A stretch of DNA of 64,000 bases from assembly GCA_030603395.1 (NCBI GenBank), contig JAUVXX010000002.1, positions 15,807-79,806 of the forward strand, written 5' to 3'. The DNA is from a bacterium. GTDB lineage: Bacteria > Patescibacteriota > Minisyncoccia > Minisyncoccales > CG1-02-41-26. The notes beneath the pieces were generated by a model. That model was not told the DNA's origin and ran no database searches. It saw only the letters and a list, made by a program, of their open reading frames with translations. Shown here in pieces: positions 1 through 8,988 of the stretch. Both the position numbers and the translations under genes were made by a program. Every line of letters starts with the position of its first letter. The first letter of the stretch is position 1.

Positions 1-383
1 ACTGTATTTTAGCCCACCGGTACCGAACCGGAGTTAAGCCAAGAACAAAGGAGGCGAAAATTCTTTTTGATGCTGATAAATTAGATTCTCTTGGTGCTAT
101 CGGAATTGCTCGAGCTTTCATTTGGGTCGAGAGACATAGGGCAAAAATTTATACCAATCTTCCCCTAAAAAAATATATTAAAGAGAATCTAATGGGTGGA
201 AGAATAAATGGCAGGATTAAAGATAAAACAAAGCACAGTCCTCTTATTGAATATGAACTAAAACTAAAACGCATTCCCAATAGATTACATGCCCGAAAGG
301 CAAAGAAAATAGCTAAAGGAAGATTAAACTATATGAAATCATTTTTTGATAGGTTTTCAAAAGAAATTAAAGGGGGAATTTAG
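1..383 (+). CDS. HD-domain phosphohydrolase, 3' part (5' end outside the window)
   Basis: Frame 3 is open from base 3: CILAHRYR...EAKILFDADKLDSLGAIGIARAF, the C-terminal motifs of HD-domain proteins. Confidence 0.8.
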   Translation, partial: CILAHRYRTGVKPRTKEAKILFDADKLDSLGAIGIARAFIWVERHRAKIYTNLPLKKYIKENLMGGRINGRIKDKTKHSPLIEYELKLKRIPNRLHARKAKKIAKGRLNYMKSFFDRFSKEIKGGI

Positions 384-414
384 CTCCTGCGAAAAGAGAA
401 ACACATATTTTAAT

Positions 415-1410
415 TCATTTAAGAACGGTGCCGATAAAATCAGGGTAGCCCCTTAAAAGTTCCTGGGAAGAAATTGGTTTTCCTCCTTCAAGTTGTAATT
501 CCTCAACCAACAAGAAATCGGTGGGGGTGCCGCTGGGAATGCCGCCGCACTGGATATAGAATTTTTTATCTTCAGTCGCCACGGTTTTACCAAGAGGATA
601 GGGAATTCCTGAGGACTTTAAAACCTCGGCTTTGATAATTTTTATTCTTATGGTCTGGCCTCGCTTTCCCCACCTGCCTTTTCTCTCCCAGAAAGTATAA
701 CTTCCGGGCCAGGGGTAAAAAGCCCTTATTTCTCTTTTAATTTGTTTGGCTGACTTCCGCCAGTTTATTTCTCCATCTTCTTTGATAAAAATTTTGGTGT
801 AAGTGGCATCCCTCTCATCTTGGGGCGTAGATTCAATCATCTCCTTTAACCAGAAGGAGATGGTGTTTATCAAAAGGGTTGCCCCTGATTCAGCCAATTT
901 TTTACTGAGGTTTTCAAAAGTTTCATCTCCTTCTAACCTTACAACTTGTTGCTTGATAATGGGTCCGTGGTCCATTTTCTCGTCCATTAGAATTATAGTT
1001 ACTCCGGTCTTTTCCTCTCCATCCAAAATGGCGGATTGAATAGGAGAGGGACCTCGATATTTGGGAAGCAAAGAGGGATGGACATTTAAAGAGCCGTGCT
1101 TGGGAATATCTAAAATCTCCTTTGGTAGAATTTTCCCGAAAGCAGCTACCACGATTAAATCTGGTTTAATCTCTTTTAACTTACCGACTATCTCTCTTAT
1201 TTTCTCGGGTTGAATAACAGGAATATTGTGTTTTTCTGCAACAAGTTTAGTGGACGAGGGAGTTAAATCCTGCTCTCTTCCATTTGGTTTATCAAGAGAG
1301 GTAACCACCAAAACTGGTTTAAAAGAAGTTTTGGCAAGATTTTCCAGGACAATCGCCCCAAATTCAGGGGTTCCTATAAAAATTATTTTAAGTGATTGAG
1401 TTGGTTTCAT
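415..1410 (-). CDS. fmt: Methionyl-tRNA formyltransferase
   Basis: IFIGTPEFG, NVHPSLLPKYRGPSPIQ, MDHGPII, IRAFYPWPG. Confidence 0.97.
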   Translation of the reverse strand: MKPTQSLKIIFIGTPEFGAIVLENLAKTSFKPVLVVTSLDKPNGREQDLTPSSTKLVAEKHNIPVIQPEKIREIVGKLKEIKPDLIVVAAFGKILPKEILDIPKHGSLNVHPSLLPKYRGPSPIQSAILDGEEKTGVTIILMDEKMDHGPIIKQQVVRLEGDETFENLSKKLAESGATLLINTISFWLKEMIESTPQDERDATYTKIFIKEDGEINWRKSAKQIKREIRAFYPWPGSYTFWERKGRWGKRGQTIRIKIIKAEVLKSSGIPYPLGKTVATEDKKFYIQCGGIPSGTPTDFLLVEELQLEGGKPISSQELLRGYPDFIGTVLK

Positions 1411-1420
1411 GATTTATTGT

Positions 1421-2110
1421 TTATTTTATTATGCGCCATTCAACGTCGGACTCTTTGCCGGCAAACTCCAGCCACTCGTCATTTTCATCAATAACATACC
1501 ATTTCCTGTGAGTTTGGGACCAAACCATGGGATTTCCTTGATAAAACCGCTTTTTTACCACTTTTTTTGGTTTCAGCCTGTCAAGCTCCAGCCACTTTTT
1601 AAAGACGGTCTCAATGGCGTAATCCAAGTCCCTTGATTTTGCCCACAAAGAAACTTTATCAATAGCTTCTTTGGCTTTTTCGATTGACCCGGCTAATTCT
1701 AAAAGCTGTTTGGCCGGTCTGGTAAAGCGAGAATAAATAATTTTTCTTTTTTTGGCACTCCTTTTAAGTTCGTTTAAACTTAACTCTTTGGTTTTGAAGT
1801 AATGAGTAATAATCTGACGAATGGCTGTTTCTTGTTTTAGCCTTTTATAGTAATCAATTTTACCCTTTTTCAGATATTCTTCAATTTTTTCAGCAATGCT
1901 TTTGCCTATGCTGGGTATTTTCTCAAGACCCTTGATGCCGTTCTTTTTGTAGACGAGAGAAACATCTTCTTCCAATTCTTCTAAAGTACGGGCGGCTTTC
2001 CGGTAGGCCACTATCTTGTGAGTTATTTTCCTTGACTTGAAAGTTACCCCTTTTATTTCCAATAATTCTGCGAGCTCATATAATATTTTACTAATTTCCT
2101 GATTAATCAT
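1421..2110 (-). CDS. PolX-type N-terminal helix-hairpin-helix domain fused to an unknown C-terminal domain
   Basis: NQEISKILYELAELLE...AYRKAARTL...IPSIGKSIAEKIEE resembles the PolX/Pol beta 8-kDa domain; no polymerase or PHP domain follows. Confidence 0.75.
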   Translation of the reverse strand: MINQEISKILYELAELLEIKGVTFKSRKITHKIVAYRKAARTLEELEEDVSLVYKKNGIKGLEKIPSIGKSIAEKIEEYLKKGKIDYYKRLKQETAIRQIITHYFKTKELSLNELKRSAKKRKIIYSRFTRPAKQLLELAGSIEKAKEAIDKVSLWAKSRDLDYAIETVFKKWLELDRLKPKKVVKKRFYQGNPMVWSQTHRKWYVIDENDEWLEFAGKESDVEWRIIK

Positions 2111-2122
2111 TTTTCAGTATAT

Positions 2123-2686
2123 TTATTGGTGCTTCTCTACCGTGAACCGGTAGATAATTATCTTCTCGCGAGTCGGATTAATGCCTCCTTTTTGGCAGGC
2201 GATTGAAACCTGTTTTTCTGCCGTATCTATTCCTTCCAGGTCGGGCAATAGGAGAGCGGATTTTGCTACAGCATGGCCATCAAAGACCACGTCAGTCCTA
2301 TGGGATGAGCCAATAGGTGTTGTCTTAACAATAATACCGTATTTTTTAGGGTCTAATTCTTTAACGTCTTTTACCAATTCCGGCTTCCCTAAGAGATAAA
2401 CAGTATAGGAAAGAGAGGGGAGTTCTTCTTTTTGAATGGGTCCGAACCGGTAATCCTCGGTGGCAGCTGCCACGGCATTGTGAATTATTTCTCCAGCAAC
2501 GTTCTCTTTGGTTGGTAAATAAGTGCCGATACAACCCTTTAAATTTCCAGCTTTCTCAATAGTGACAAAGATTCCAGATTTTTTATTAAGTAGCTCTTTT
2601 GGTAAATCATCTGGTATTTCAATGATTTCTCCTTTCTCAACATAGCTCTCCACCGCCTTTTTCGCCAATTCAACATAAGGATTCAT
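2123..2686 (-). CDS. amrA: AmmeMemoRadiSam system protein A (AMMECR1 domain)
   Basis: GIFVTI...LKGCIGT, AATEDYRF, LLLPDLEG. Confidence 0.93.
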   Translation of the reverse strand: MNPYVELAKKAVESYVEKGEIIEIPDDLPKELLNKKSGIFVTIEKAGNLKGCIGTYLPTKENVAGEIIHNAVAAATEDYRFGPIQKEELPSLSYTVYLLGKPELVKDVKELDPKKYGIIVKTTPIGSSHRTDVVFDGHAVAKSALLLPDLEGIDTAEKQVSIACQKGGINPTREKIIIYRFTVEKHQ

Positions 2687-2690
2687 ATCT

Positions 2691-3005
2691 CTATTCTACC
2701 ACATTTAATTCTTTTTTAATCCTTGCCGCTTCTTTTTCTACCACTTCGCCTTCGTATTCACCACTGTGGGCAGGAGTACCTTTATAAATTGGTTTCTTTT
2801 GGTCAAGATGTAAATTAATGAATATTTCTCCGGTCTCTTTGTTCTCTTTGAGGTAAATATGGAAGCGGGGATAGGGAACCCCCTGAAGAGGCCGAACAAA
2901 AATTAATTCTGATTTTTCGTCATCTTTTCTCTGGAAATGATAACCAACCCTCCTCATCAAATTTATCACATTCTCTCCCGATTTATTTTTTAGAGTAAAT
3001 TTCAT
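2691..3005 (-). CDS. Hypothetical protein
   Basis: 104-aa ORF packed within the operon; YPRFHIY...HLDQKKP...HSGEY, no family recognised. Confidence 0.7.
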   Translation of the reverse strand: MKFTLKNKSGENVINLMRRVGYHFQRKDDEKSELIFVRPLQGVPYPRFHIYLKENKETGEIFINLHLDQKKPIYKGTPAHSGEYEGEVVEKEAARIKKELNVVE

Positions 3006-3024
3006 AATTACAGGTTCTCATAGT

Positions 3025-3843
3025 TTAACTTTGAGTTTTTTGGTGATGGAAATAAATCGTAAAATTGAGGTTTTGTTTCTGGCAATAACCTTCTATTTCC
3101 TTCTCAAGCTGGTTCCAATAATCATTTTTAGTAAAATAAATTTCCTGAAATTTCTTTAATAAGTTGGGGTGGCTATTTCTTAACCACTTTTTAATGTCTC
3201 CCCAGTTGGTTGCTCTGACATTGAGATTTTCAAACCAATATTCATCGACAAACCCTTTGGTTTTAGCAATTATTTTCTTATAATCCGTTAGTTCTGGGAA
3301 CATTGGGGAGATAAAAATAAAGGTAGAAATTCCAGCCTTTTTTAGTTCTCTCACTGCCTTTATTCTTCTTTCAACAGTGGAAGCTAAGGGCTCAACCTCT
3401 TTCCTAGTGGAGTCATCCAGGAGGGACAAAGAACAGCCCGCTATACGTTTCTTAAATTTCTTCAATAAATCAATATCTCTCACTATCAAATCTGATTTTG
3501 TTATTAGACACAAGTCAGGTTGAAGGGGAATTAAATTTTTAAGTATCCCTCTCATTAATTTATATTTTCTTTCTGCTGGTTGGTAAGGGTCAGTCACCGA
3601 GGAAATCATGATTGATTTATTTTTGTATTTTTTAATGTTTTTGGGAATTAATTCAGCCGCATTAATTTTAACATCCAAAAATTTACCCCAGGGTTCACGG
3701 TGATTGGTGAATCTTTTCATAAATCGAGCATAACAGTAAATACATCCATGCATGCAACCAATATAAGGATTGATTACGTAATCCACGTCCAGCCCTGATT
3801 TTGTAATAATCGATTTTGCCTTAATTTCTTTAATTTTTATCAT
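3025..3843 (-). CDS. Radical SAM protein, spore photoproduct lyase-like family
   Basis: INPYIGCMHGCIYCYA (CxxxCxxC), SSVTDPYQPAE, ITKSDLIVRD. Confidence 0.88.
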   Translation of the reverse strand: MIKIKEIKAKSIITKSGLDVDYVINPYIGCMHGCIYCYARFMKRFTNHREPWGKFLDVKINAAELIPKNIKKYKNKSIMISSVTDPYQPAERKYKLMRGILKNLIPLQPDLCLITKSDLIVRDIDLLKKFKKRIAGCSLSLLDDSTRKEVEPLASTVERRIKAVRELKKAGISTFIFISPMFPELTDYKKIIAKTKGFVDEYWFENLNVRATNWGDIKKWLRNSHPNLLKKFQEIYFTKNDYWNQLEKEIEGYCQKQNLNFTIYFHHQKTQS

Positions 3844-4400
3844 TGCTTATTGTTTTGTAATTTGCGATAGAGCATCCGTGCATAACCCATCACGGTCCTA
3901 AACTCGTATTCTACACCCAGTTTCTTTATAAAATCCCAGCAAGCTTGTTTGGTTTTCTTAATACCTCCAAGGTCCTTCTTTGCTTCAACCTCCATAAAAT
4001 CTCCCAATTGATTAACTTGGTCTAAGGTAACTTCAAAATCACCGCAATTAAAGTATTTACGGGTTTTCGTTACAGTCAATTTATGAATTAGGCCAACTTT
4101 TGTGAAGATTTCCTCAACGATTTTAGGGTCCTCGACCAAGGTTTCATATTCGTCCGTTGACATTTTCTGGCCATTTTTATCACGACGCACCAAGGAATAA
4201 CTCAAATGATCCCCACCTTTTTCATATCTAATACGAAGATATTCATTGATGGGATTTTCAGAGAAAAAATTATTATGCGGGGGAACAAAATATTTATCCA
4301 CTTGCTTTCTGGTTTTAATATAACATCCAACTTTCCGAAGTGTTCTTTCAACCTCAACAGGCTTTTTTATTATCACTTGAACTTCAACTTCTTGGTTCAT
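3840..4400 (-). CDS. CYTH domain protein (class IV adenylate cyclase / triphosphate tunnel metalloenzyme)
   Basis: N-terminal EVE, YLRIR, VTKTRKYF, LDQVNQLGDFMEVE. Confidence 0.85.
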   Translation of the reverse strand: MNQEVEVQVIIKKPVEVERTLRKVGCYIKTRKQVDKYFVPPHNNFFSENPINEYLRIRYEKGGDHLSYSLVRRDKNGQKMSTDEYETLVEDPKIVEEIFTKVGLIHKLTVTKTRKYFNCGDFEVTLDQVNQLGDFMEVEAKKDLGGIKKTKQACWDFIKKLGVEYEFRTVMGYARMLYRKLQNNKQ

Positions 4401-5212
4401 AATTTAAAGTTTACCACCGAATAACCTACACCAAAAGGTCCCTCATAGGATAGGATTTCTGACTGCCAATCAAGGTCATTGAGAGCGCCTAGTAAAATCA
4501 CTATTGACCGATAACCGCATTCGCCAGCTTCCTCAATTAAACCTTGGTCCATCTTTAAAATTCCCTCAGTATCTTTTTTCTTCAAAAGTTCAATTAACCT
4601 TTCATCGAATTCTTTGCCTTGAGGACTGTAACCGGCCGGTGCTTCAGGGGTTAAGCGGTGGGACAAATCCCCAGAGGCAATTATGGCTATCCTCTTGCCT
4701 TGAGATCCAGTAGCGGAGGACAGTCCTCCGCTAGTTGTTTGGTGGAGTATTTGCCCGAATTTAAAATGATTCTCTATATCCAAATAAGAATAGGCCATAG
4801 GTACTACTTTGAAATTTGGATGCTTTTTACTCAAATAATAAAGGGGGACCAAGGCTCCGTGGTCAAGCTCCTTGGAATCAGTTAATCTTAGAGGAATTTT
4901 TTCCTTTTGACAATCTTTTTTAATAACTTCAATAAGCTCTAAATCATTTTTAAAAATCAATTCTGTTTTAAAATCACCGAAATTATAAAAATGACCAACT
5001 AAAGTAGGGGACTGGTTAATGGTAAATTGCTTAAAATCAACCGGACCGTGGGGAGAAATGATTATGACAGTATCTGGTGCTGCTTTAGCAAATTTTTCAG
5101 CCAATTTCTCCATGGCCTCAACTGTTTTTGAGACCTTCTTTAGGTCAGCTGGAGCACCAATAGTTGGTACAATGATTGGAGGATGTGGGGCAATAGCGGC
5201 GAACTTAAGCAT
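4397..5212 (-). CDS. amrB: AmmeMemoRadiSam system protein B (Memo/LigB-like dioxygenase fold)
   Basis: PHPPIIVP, ISPHG, LDHGALVPL, ASGDLSHRL, AGECG, YEGPFGVGY. Confidence 0.93.
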   Translation of the reverse strand: MLKFAAIAPHPPIIVPTIGAPADLKKVSKTVEAMEKLAEKFAKAAPDTVIIISPHGPVDFKQFTINQSPTLVGHFYNFGDFKTELIFKNDLELIEVIKKDCQKEKIPLRLTDSKELDHGALVPLYYLSKKHPNFKVVPMAYSYLDIENHFKFGQILHQTTSGGLSSATGSQGKRIAIIASGDLSHRLTPEAPAGYSPQGKEFDERLIELLKKKDTEGILKMDQGLIEEAGECGYRSIVILLGALNDLDWQSEILSYEGPFGVGYSVVNFKL

Positions 5213-5215
5213 ATT

Positions 5216-6274
5216 TTATTTCTCTGTAAGAAATTTGATTAATTTTTTTCTCACCTTCGCACTTTTTAGCAAAAAGGCCATAAATTCAAATATAAGTTTA
5301 GTTGCCGTCTTATTAACTTTATAAAGAGTTACAATTCTCTCTTCCAGTTTTTTTGTTTTTACTATTTTTTTAAGCTCTTCAAAATCATATTCGGGATTAA
5401 CAATTTTACGAGCTACCTCTGTGCCGGAAATCATTGCCGGGTGAATTCCTTCTCCCGTAAACCCTGAAGCAAGACCGGCTGCATCACCAACCAGAAAAAT
5501 ATTATCAAATTTTACTCCTCGGTAATCATAATTTATTGGGGCTGCTTGGAATTCGTACTTTTCTGGATTAAGACCAAGTTCTTTACACCAATTATTAAGA
5601 TTTTGTTTCAATTTTTCTGCGTTTATAAATCTTGGGTCAGCGTCAGCTCCTATTGAAGTGTAATCTTGATGAGGAAATATCCAGGCATAACCAGGACCAA
5701 ATTTTTCTAGATCAATAAAAATTTCTAATTGATTAAATCTCCTTTCAGGAACAACATATTGAATAGCTACTTCAATTTTCTTTATTGGTAAATCAAGAAA
5801 CCTTCTAACCAGAGAGTTGCTTCCATCAGCTCCGATTAGATATTTGAAAAAAAATTCTCTTTTATCATTAACTAAAATAGAATCCTTTCGGATGGTCGTT
5901 ACTCTTGAATTAAGTAAAATTTCTGCCCCCACTCTTTTGGCTTCCTCCTGCTGCCATTCTCCAAGTTTCTTTCTATTGCATGTCCAAATCCACGGCCTTT
6001 CTGACTCAAGTTTTATTGAACGGCTACCAATATAAAGATTAATAGATTTAAACTCTCTCTCAGCAATAAATTTAGGAAGATTTGCTTCCTTAAAATCTTT
6101 TAAAGTTAGACCTCCAGCACAGACTTTCTCTCCAACTATTTTATTTTTTTCAAGAACTAATACTTTTTTATTGCTAGTCGCTAGAATTTTAGCTGCTGAA
6201 AGCCCAGCTGGGCCCGCTCCAACTATTATTACATCGTATATTTTATCCCCTGAAGACATATTTAAATTATTCAA
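5216..6274 (-). CDS. Geranylgeranyl reductase family FAD-dependent oxidoreductase (start may be the ATG of MSSGDK, a few codons in)
   Basis: GAGPAG, KVCAGGL, IGADGSNS, GYAWIFP, LVGDAAGLASGFTGEGIHPAMISG. Confidence 0.88.
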   Translation of the reverse strand: MNNLNMSSGDKIYDVIIVGAGPAGLSAAKILATSNKKVLVLEKNKIVGEKVCAGGLTLKDFKEANLPKFIAEREFKSINLYIGSRSIKLESERPWIWTCNRKKLGEWQQEEAKRVGAEILLNSRVTTIRKDSILVNDKREFFFKYLIGADGSNSLVRRFLDLPIKKIEVAIQYVVPERRFNQLEIFIDLEKFGPGYAWIFPHQDYTSIGADADPRFINAEKLKQNLNNWCKELGLNPEKYEFQAAPINYDYRGVKFDNIFLVGDAAGLASGFTGEGIHPAMISGTEVARKIVNPEYDFEELKKIVKTKKLEERIVTLYKVNKTATKLIFEFMAFLLKSAKVRKKLIKFLTEK

Positions 6275-6283
6275 GAATCAAAT

Positions 6284-6646
6284 TTAAATCTCACTGGATT
6301 TTTCCTTACGCTTTTTGTTTTGATATTCAATAAAAATTATTGTTAGAGCAGAAAAAAGGAAAGAAACCAAAATCATCCATAGAAACTCTTCGATGACGGT
6401 GCCTACAATCCAGATATTTAGGATTTTATCAGGATTGTAAAACCATATATGTAATACCTTCACAGCAAGTGGGTCAACAAGAAAATACCAAATAAAAGAG
6501 AAAAAAACCACTGTGGCAATAATAGTTTTTTTATATTTAACAATAATAGAATGAAAAATCAGAAATATTACAAAATCTGCTATAAGTATCGGTGCTAAAA
6601 GAAATAAATAAGAAAATTGTCCAAATGTAGATAATGAAATTATCAT
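6284..6646 (-). CDS. Lycopene cyclase domain-like small membrane protein
   Basis: Three hydrophobic segments; D..AV...IWFY...I..TVIEEFLW pattern of CrtYc/CrtYd-type domains. Confidence 0.65.
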   Translation of the reverse strand: MIISLSTFGQFSYLFLLAPILIADFVIFLIFHSIIVKYKKTIIATVVFFSFIWYFLVDPLAVKVLHIWFYNPDKILNIWIVGTVIEEFLWMILVSFLFSALTIIFIEYQNKKRKEKSSEI

Positions 6647-6954
6647 TTTTGTTTCTCTAATAACTTTTTAAATAAAATTGTAGCTGTAAAAATAAACCAA
6701 GGTATGGAAAGAATAAGAATAAATTCTTCTAGGGGAATACCAGAGAATATCGGTCCAACAAAAGGAGGGATAAAATACCATACACCATTTTCAACTGCTA
6801 TAGAATCATAAATAACAGCTGGAATGAATGTTAAAATATTGAGAAAAAAGCCTATCTTAAAATAAGGCTTGAGATCATCGAAATATTTTATCCATATAAT
6901 CACCATTGGTACCCAGGTGATACTCAACCAAATTAAATAGCGATAGGTTTCCAT
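6643..6954 (-). CDS. Lycopene cyclase domain-like small membrane protein
   Basis: YDSIAVENGVWYF...GIPLEEF matches the D-x-A-V-xx-G-x-W...P-L-E-E pattern of CrtYc/CrtYd-type cyclases. Confidence 0.75.
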   Translation of the reverse strand: METYRYLIWLSITWVPMVIIWIKYFDDLKPYFKIGFFLNILTFIPAVIYDSIAVENGVWYFIPPFVGPIFSGIPLEEFILILSIPWFIFTATILFKKLLEKQK

Positions 6955-6957
6955 AAA

Positions 6958-7329
6958 TTATAAACCAAGTGCTTTTATGAGAAGAAAGGCGGCTATTCCA
7001 ATAAATCCCCAAAAAGGAAGGGTAAGCCAGCTAGTATAACCATGCTTAGAGATAGGGAAACGTTTGTACTCCCAAAGTTTTGAAGAAAGTGTTTCATGGT
7101 AAGCCCAGCCTACCAGTCCTTCAATGATCATTCCTGAAACCGCTGAAGTGAGATATAAAATTAAGATTATCGGTCCATACTTAAATATCAACCAAAATAG
7201 AGAGATAAAGGGCAATAAAAATAAAGCCACATATTCTGACCAGCGAAAGCGCCTTGTACTTCTTCCATACAAACAAGCAAATAGAAGACCAATGATAAAA
7301 ATTAGAAAATATATTGATAATTCAAACAT
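6958..7329 (-). CDS. Small integral membrane protein
   Basis: About four hydrophobic helices; E..G......LWEY...GYTS...PFWG resembles CmpB/TMEM229-like proteins. Confidence 0.6.
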   Translation of the reverse strand: MFELSIYFLIFIIGLLFACLYGRSTRRFRWSEYVALFLLPFISLFWLIFKYGPIILILYLTSAVSGMIIEGLVGWAYHETLSSKLWEYKRFPISKHGYTSWLTLPFWGFIGIAAFLLIKALGL

Positions 7330-7330
7330 A

Positions 7331-8368
7331 TTACTTGATAATTAAATTTAAATCTTGACCGCATTGGGAGCATTGGCCGTTTTTGTCATGACGAGTGATA
7401 AGATAACCGGCTCTGTCTATCATTTTGGCGTCGCATTTTGGGCAATGGGTGTCTTCTGATGGTAAGCCGGGGACATTGCCAGTATAAACATATTTCAGGC
7501 CTGCCTTTTTGCCAATCTGCCAGGCCTTTTTCAGGGTTTCAACTGGGGTGTCAGGAATATTTTGAAGCTTCCAGGAAATTGCTCCGGAAAACTGAGAGAT
7601 ATGCCAGGGGGTTTCTTGACCAAGCTCAGTCTTAATAAATTGAGCGATATTCGTGAAAATCTCTTCAGAATCATTCAGGGTAGGAATAACTAAAGTCGTC
7701 ACTTCAACCCAGACTTGCCCTGAGCCGTGCCGAAGGGTTCCTTTCATTCTCTTCAAAGTATCCAAAACTGGCTGCAATCTACCCCCACAATATTTCTGGT
7801 AAAATTCGTCGCTGAAGCTTTTCAAATCAACGTTGGCAGCGTCTAAGTAGGGGGCAATTAAATCAAATGTTTCTTTAGATAAAAATCCGTTAGTTACCCA
7901 GGCGTTTTTCAAGCCAGCTTTTTTCGCCAATTTCATAGTGTCTAAAGCATATTCCAGGAATACGACTGGCTCTGTGTAGGTGTAAGAAATGCTCGGCAGC
8001 TTACTCTTCTGGGTCATTTCAACTATTTTTTCTGGAGGAATTTCTTCTCCTTCAACTTTTTTGAAAATCTTGGGGGCTTGTGAGATAGACCAATTTTGGC
8101 AGGAATGGCAGGCGAAATTACAGCCAACGGTAGCCATGGATAATGATTGAGTTCCCGGTAAAAAATGAAAAAATGGTTTTTTCTCAATCGGATCAATATT
8201 CACGGCGCAGGGCTTACTATAAACCAACGAGTAAAGTTTACCATTTTTGTTTTCTTTAACGAAACACTTGCCCTTCTCTCCGTTGTCAATAATACAATAG
8301 TGGCTGCAAGTCCGGCATTGAACCTTTTTCTCTTTAAGTTTTTTATAAAGATAACACTCCTTCATCAT
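7331..8368 (-). CDS. amrS: AmmeMemoRadiSam system radical SAM enzyme
   Basis: DPIEKKPFFHF, GCNFACHSCQNWSISQ, YTYTEP, YVYTGNV, N- and C-terminal Cys pairs. Confidence 0.95.
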   Translation of the reverse strand: MMKECYLYKKLKEKKVQCRTCSHYCIIDNGEKGKCFVKENKNGKLYSLVYSKPCAVNIDPIEKKPFFHFLPGTQSLSMATVGCNFACHSCQNWSISQAPKIFKKVEGEEIPPEKIVEMTQKSKLPSISYTYTEPVVFLEYALDTMKLAKKAGLKNAWVTNGFLSKETFDLIAPYLDAANVDLKSFSDEFYQKYCGGRLQPVLDTLKRMKGTLRHGSGQVWVEVTTLVIPTLNDSEEIFTNIAQFIKTELGQETPWHISQFSGAISWKLQNIPDTPVETLKKAWQIGKKAGLKYVYTGNVPGLPSEDTHCPKCDAKMIDRAGYLITRHDKNGQCSQCGQDLNLIIK

Positions 8369-8403
8369 TTGAATTTTAGCATAAAACGGGCTAAAATTTA
8401 AGA
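8369..8403. promoter_or_regulatory. Overlapping divergent sigma70-type promoters for thpR and amrS
   Basis: Plus strand: TTGAAT (8369-8374), 17 nt, TAAAAT (8392-8397), 6 nt before the thpR ATG. Minus strand: TAAAAT at 8373-8378. Confidence 0.65.
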
Positions 8404-8988
8404 ATGCGTAGGATTTTTATTGCCATAAATTTACCAGGAGAGATTAAAGAGAAGTTAGCAGATTTGGAAAAAGAAATAGCTGATATGTTTCCACAGGAAG
8501 TAAGCAGGGGAATGATTCGATGGGTGAGAAAAGAGAATTTACACCTTACCTTGCTTTTTATTGGCACTGTAAAAGATGAAGAAATCCCTCAAGTTTGCCA
8601 AATTATCAGAGACACTGCCCAAATCCAAAAGCCATTTCCTCTGAAGTTTGAAAAAGTTGGCTATGGACCGCCAAATAAAATGCCGCCTCGCTTAATCTGG
8701 CTTGATATTGGGAAAGAACCGGGATTGTTAACCCTGGCTGAAAAATTGAAAACAGAGATGGCAGAAAGTGGTATCCTGAGGAAAATTGAGAAAAGAGGGT
8801 TTTCTCCCCATATCACCTTGGGAAGAATTAGAACTTGGCAGTGGCGAGGAATGGCTCCTGAAGAAAGGCCAGCCATAGAAAAAGAGATTTCTTTAAATTT
8901 CGAAGTTAAGTCAATTGAGGTGATGGAAAGTATACTGAAAAGAACTGGTTCAGAATACATCGTGCTAGAATCAGTCAAGTTGGACTGA
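8404..8988 (+). CDS. thpR: RNA 2',3'-cyclic phosphodiesterase (2H family)
   Basis: RIFIAI, two HxT motifs (LHLTLLF, FSPHITLGR). Confidence 0.93.
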   Translation: MRRIFIAINLPGEIKEKLADLEKEIADMFPQEVSRGMIRWVRKENLHLTLLFIGTVKDEEIPQVCQIIRDTAQIQKPFPLKFEKVGYGPPNKMPPRLIWLDIGKEPGLLTLAEKLKTEMAESGILRKIEKRGFSPHITLGRIRTWQWRGMAPEERPAIEKEISLNFEVKSIEVMESILKRTGSEYIVLESVKLD

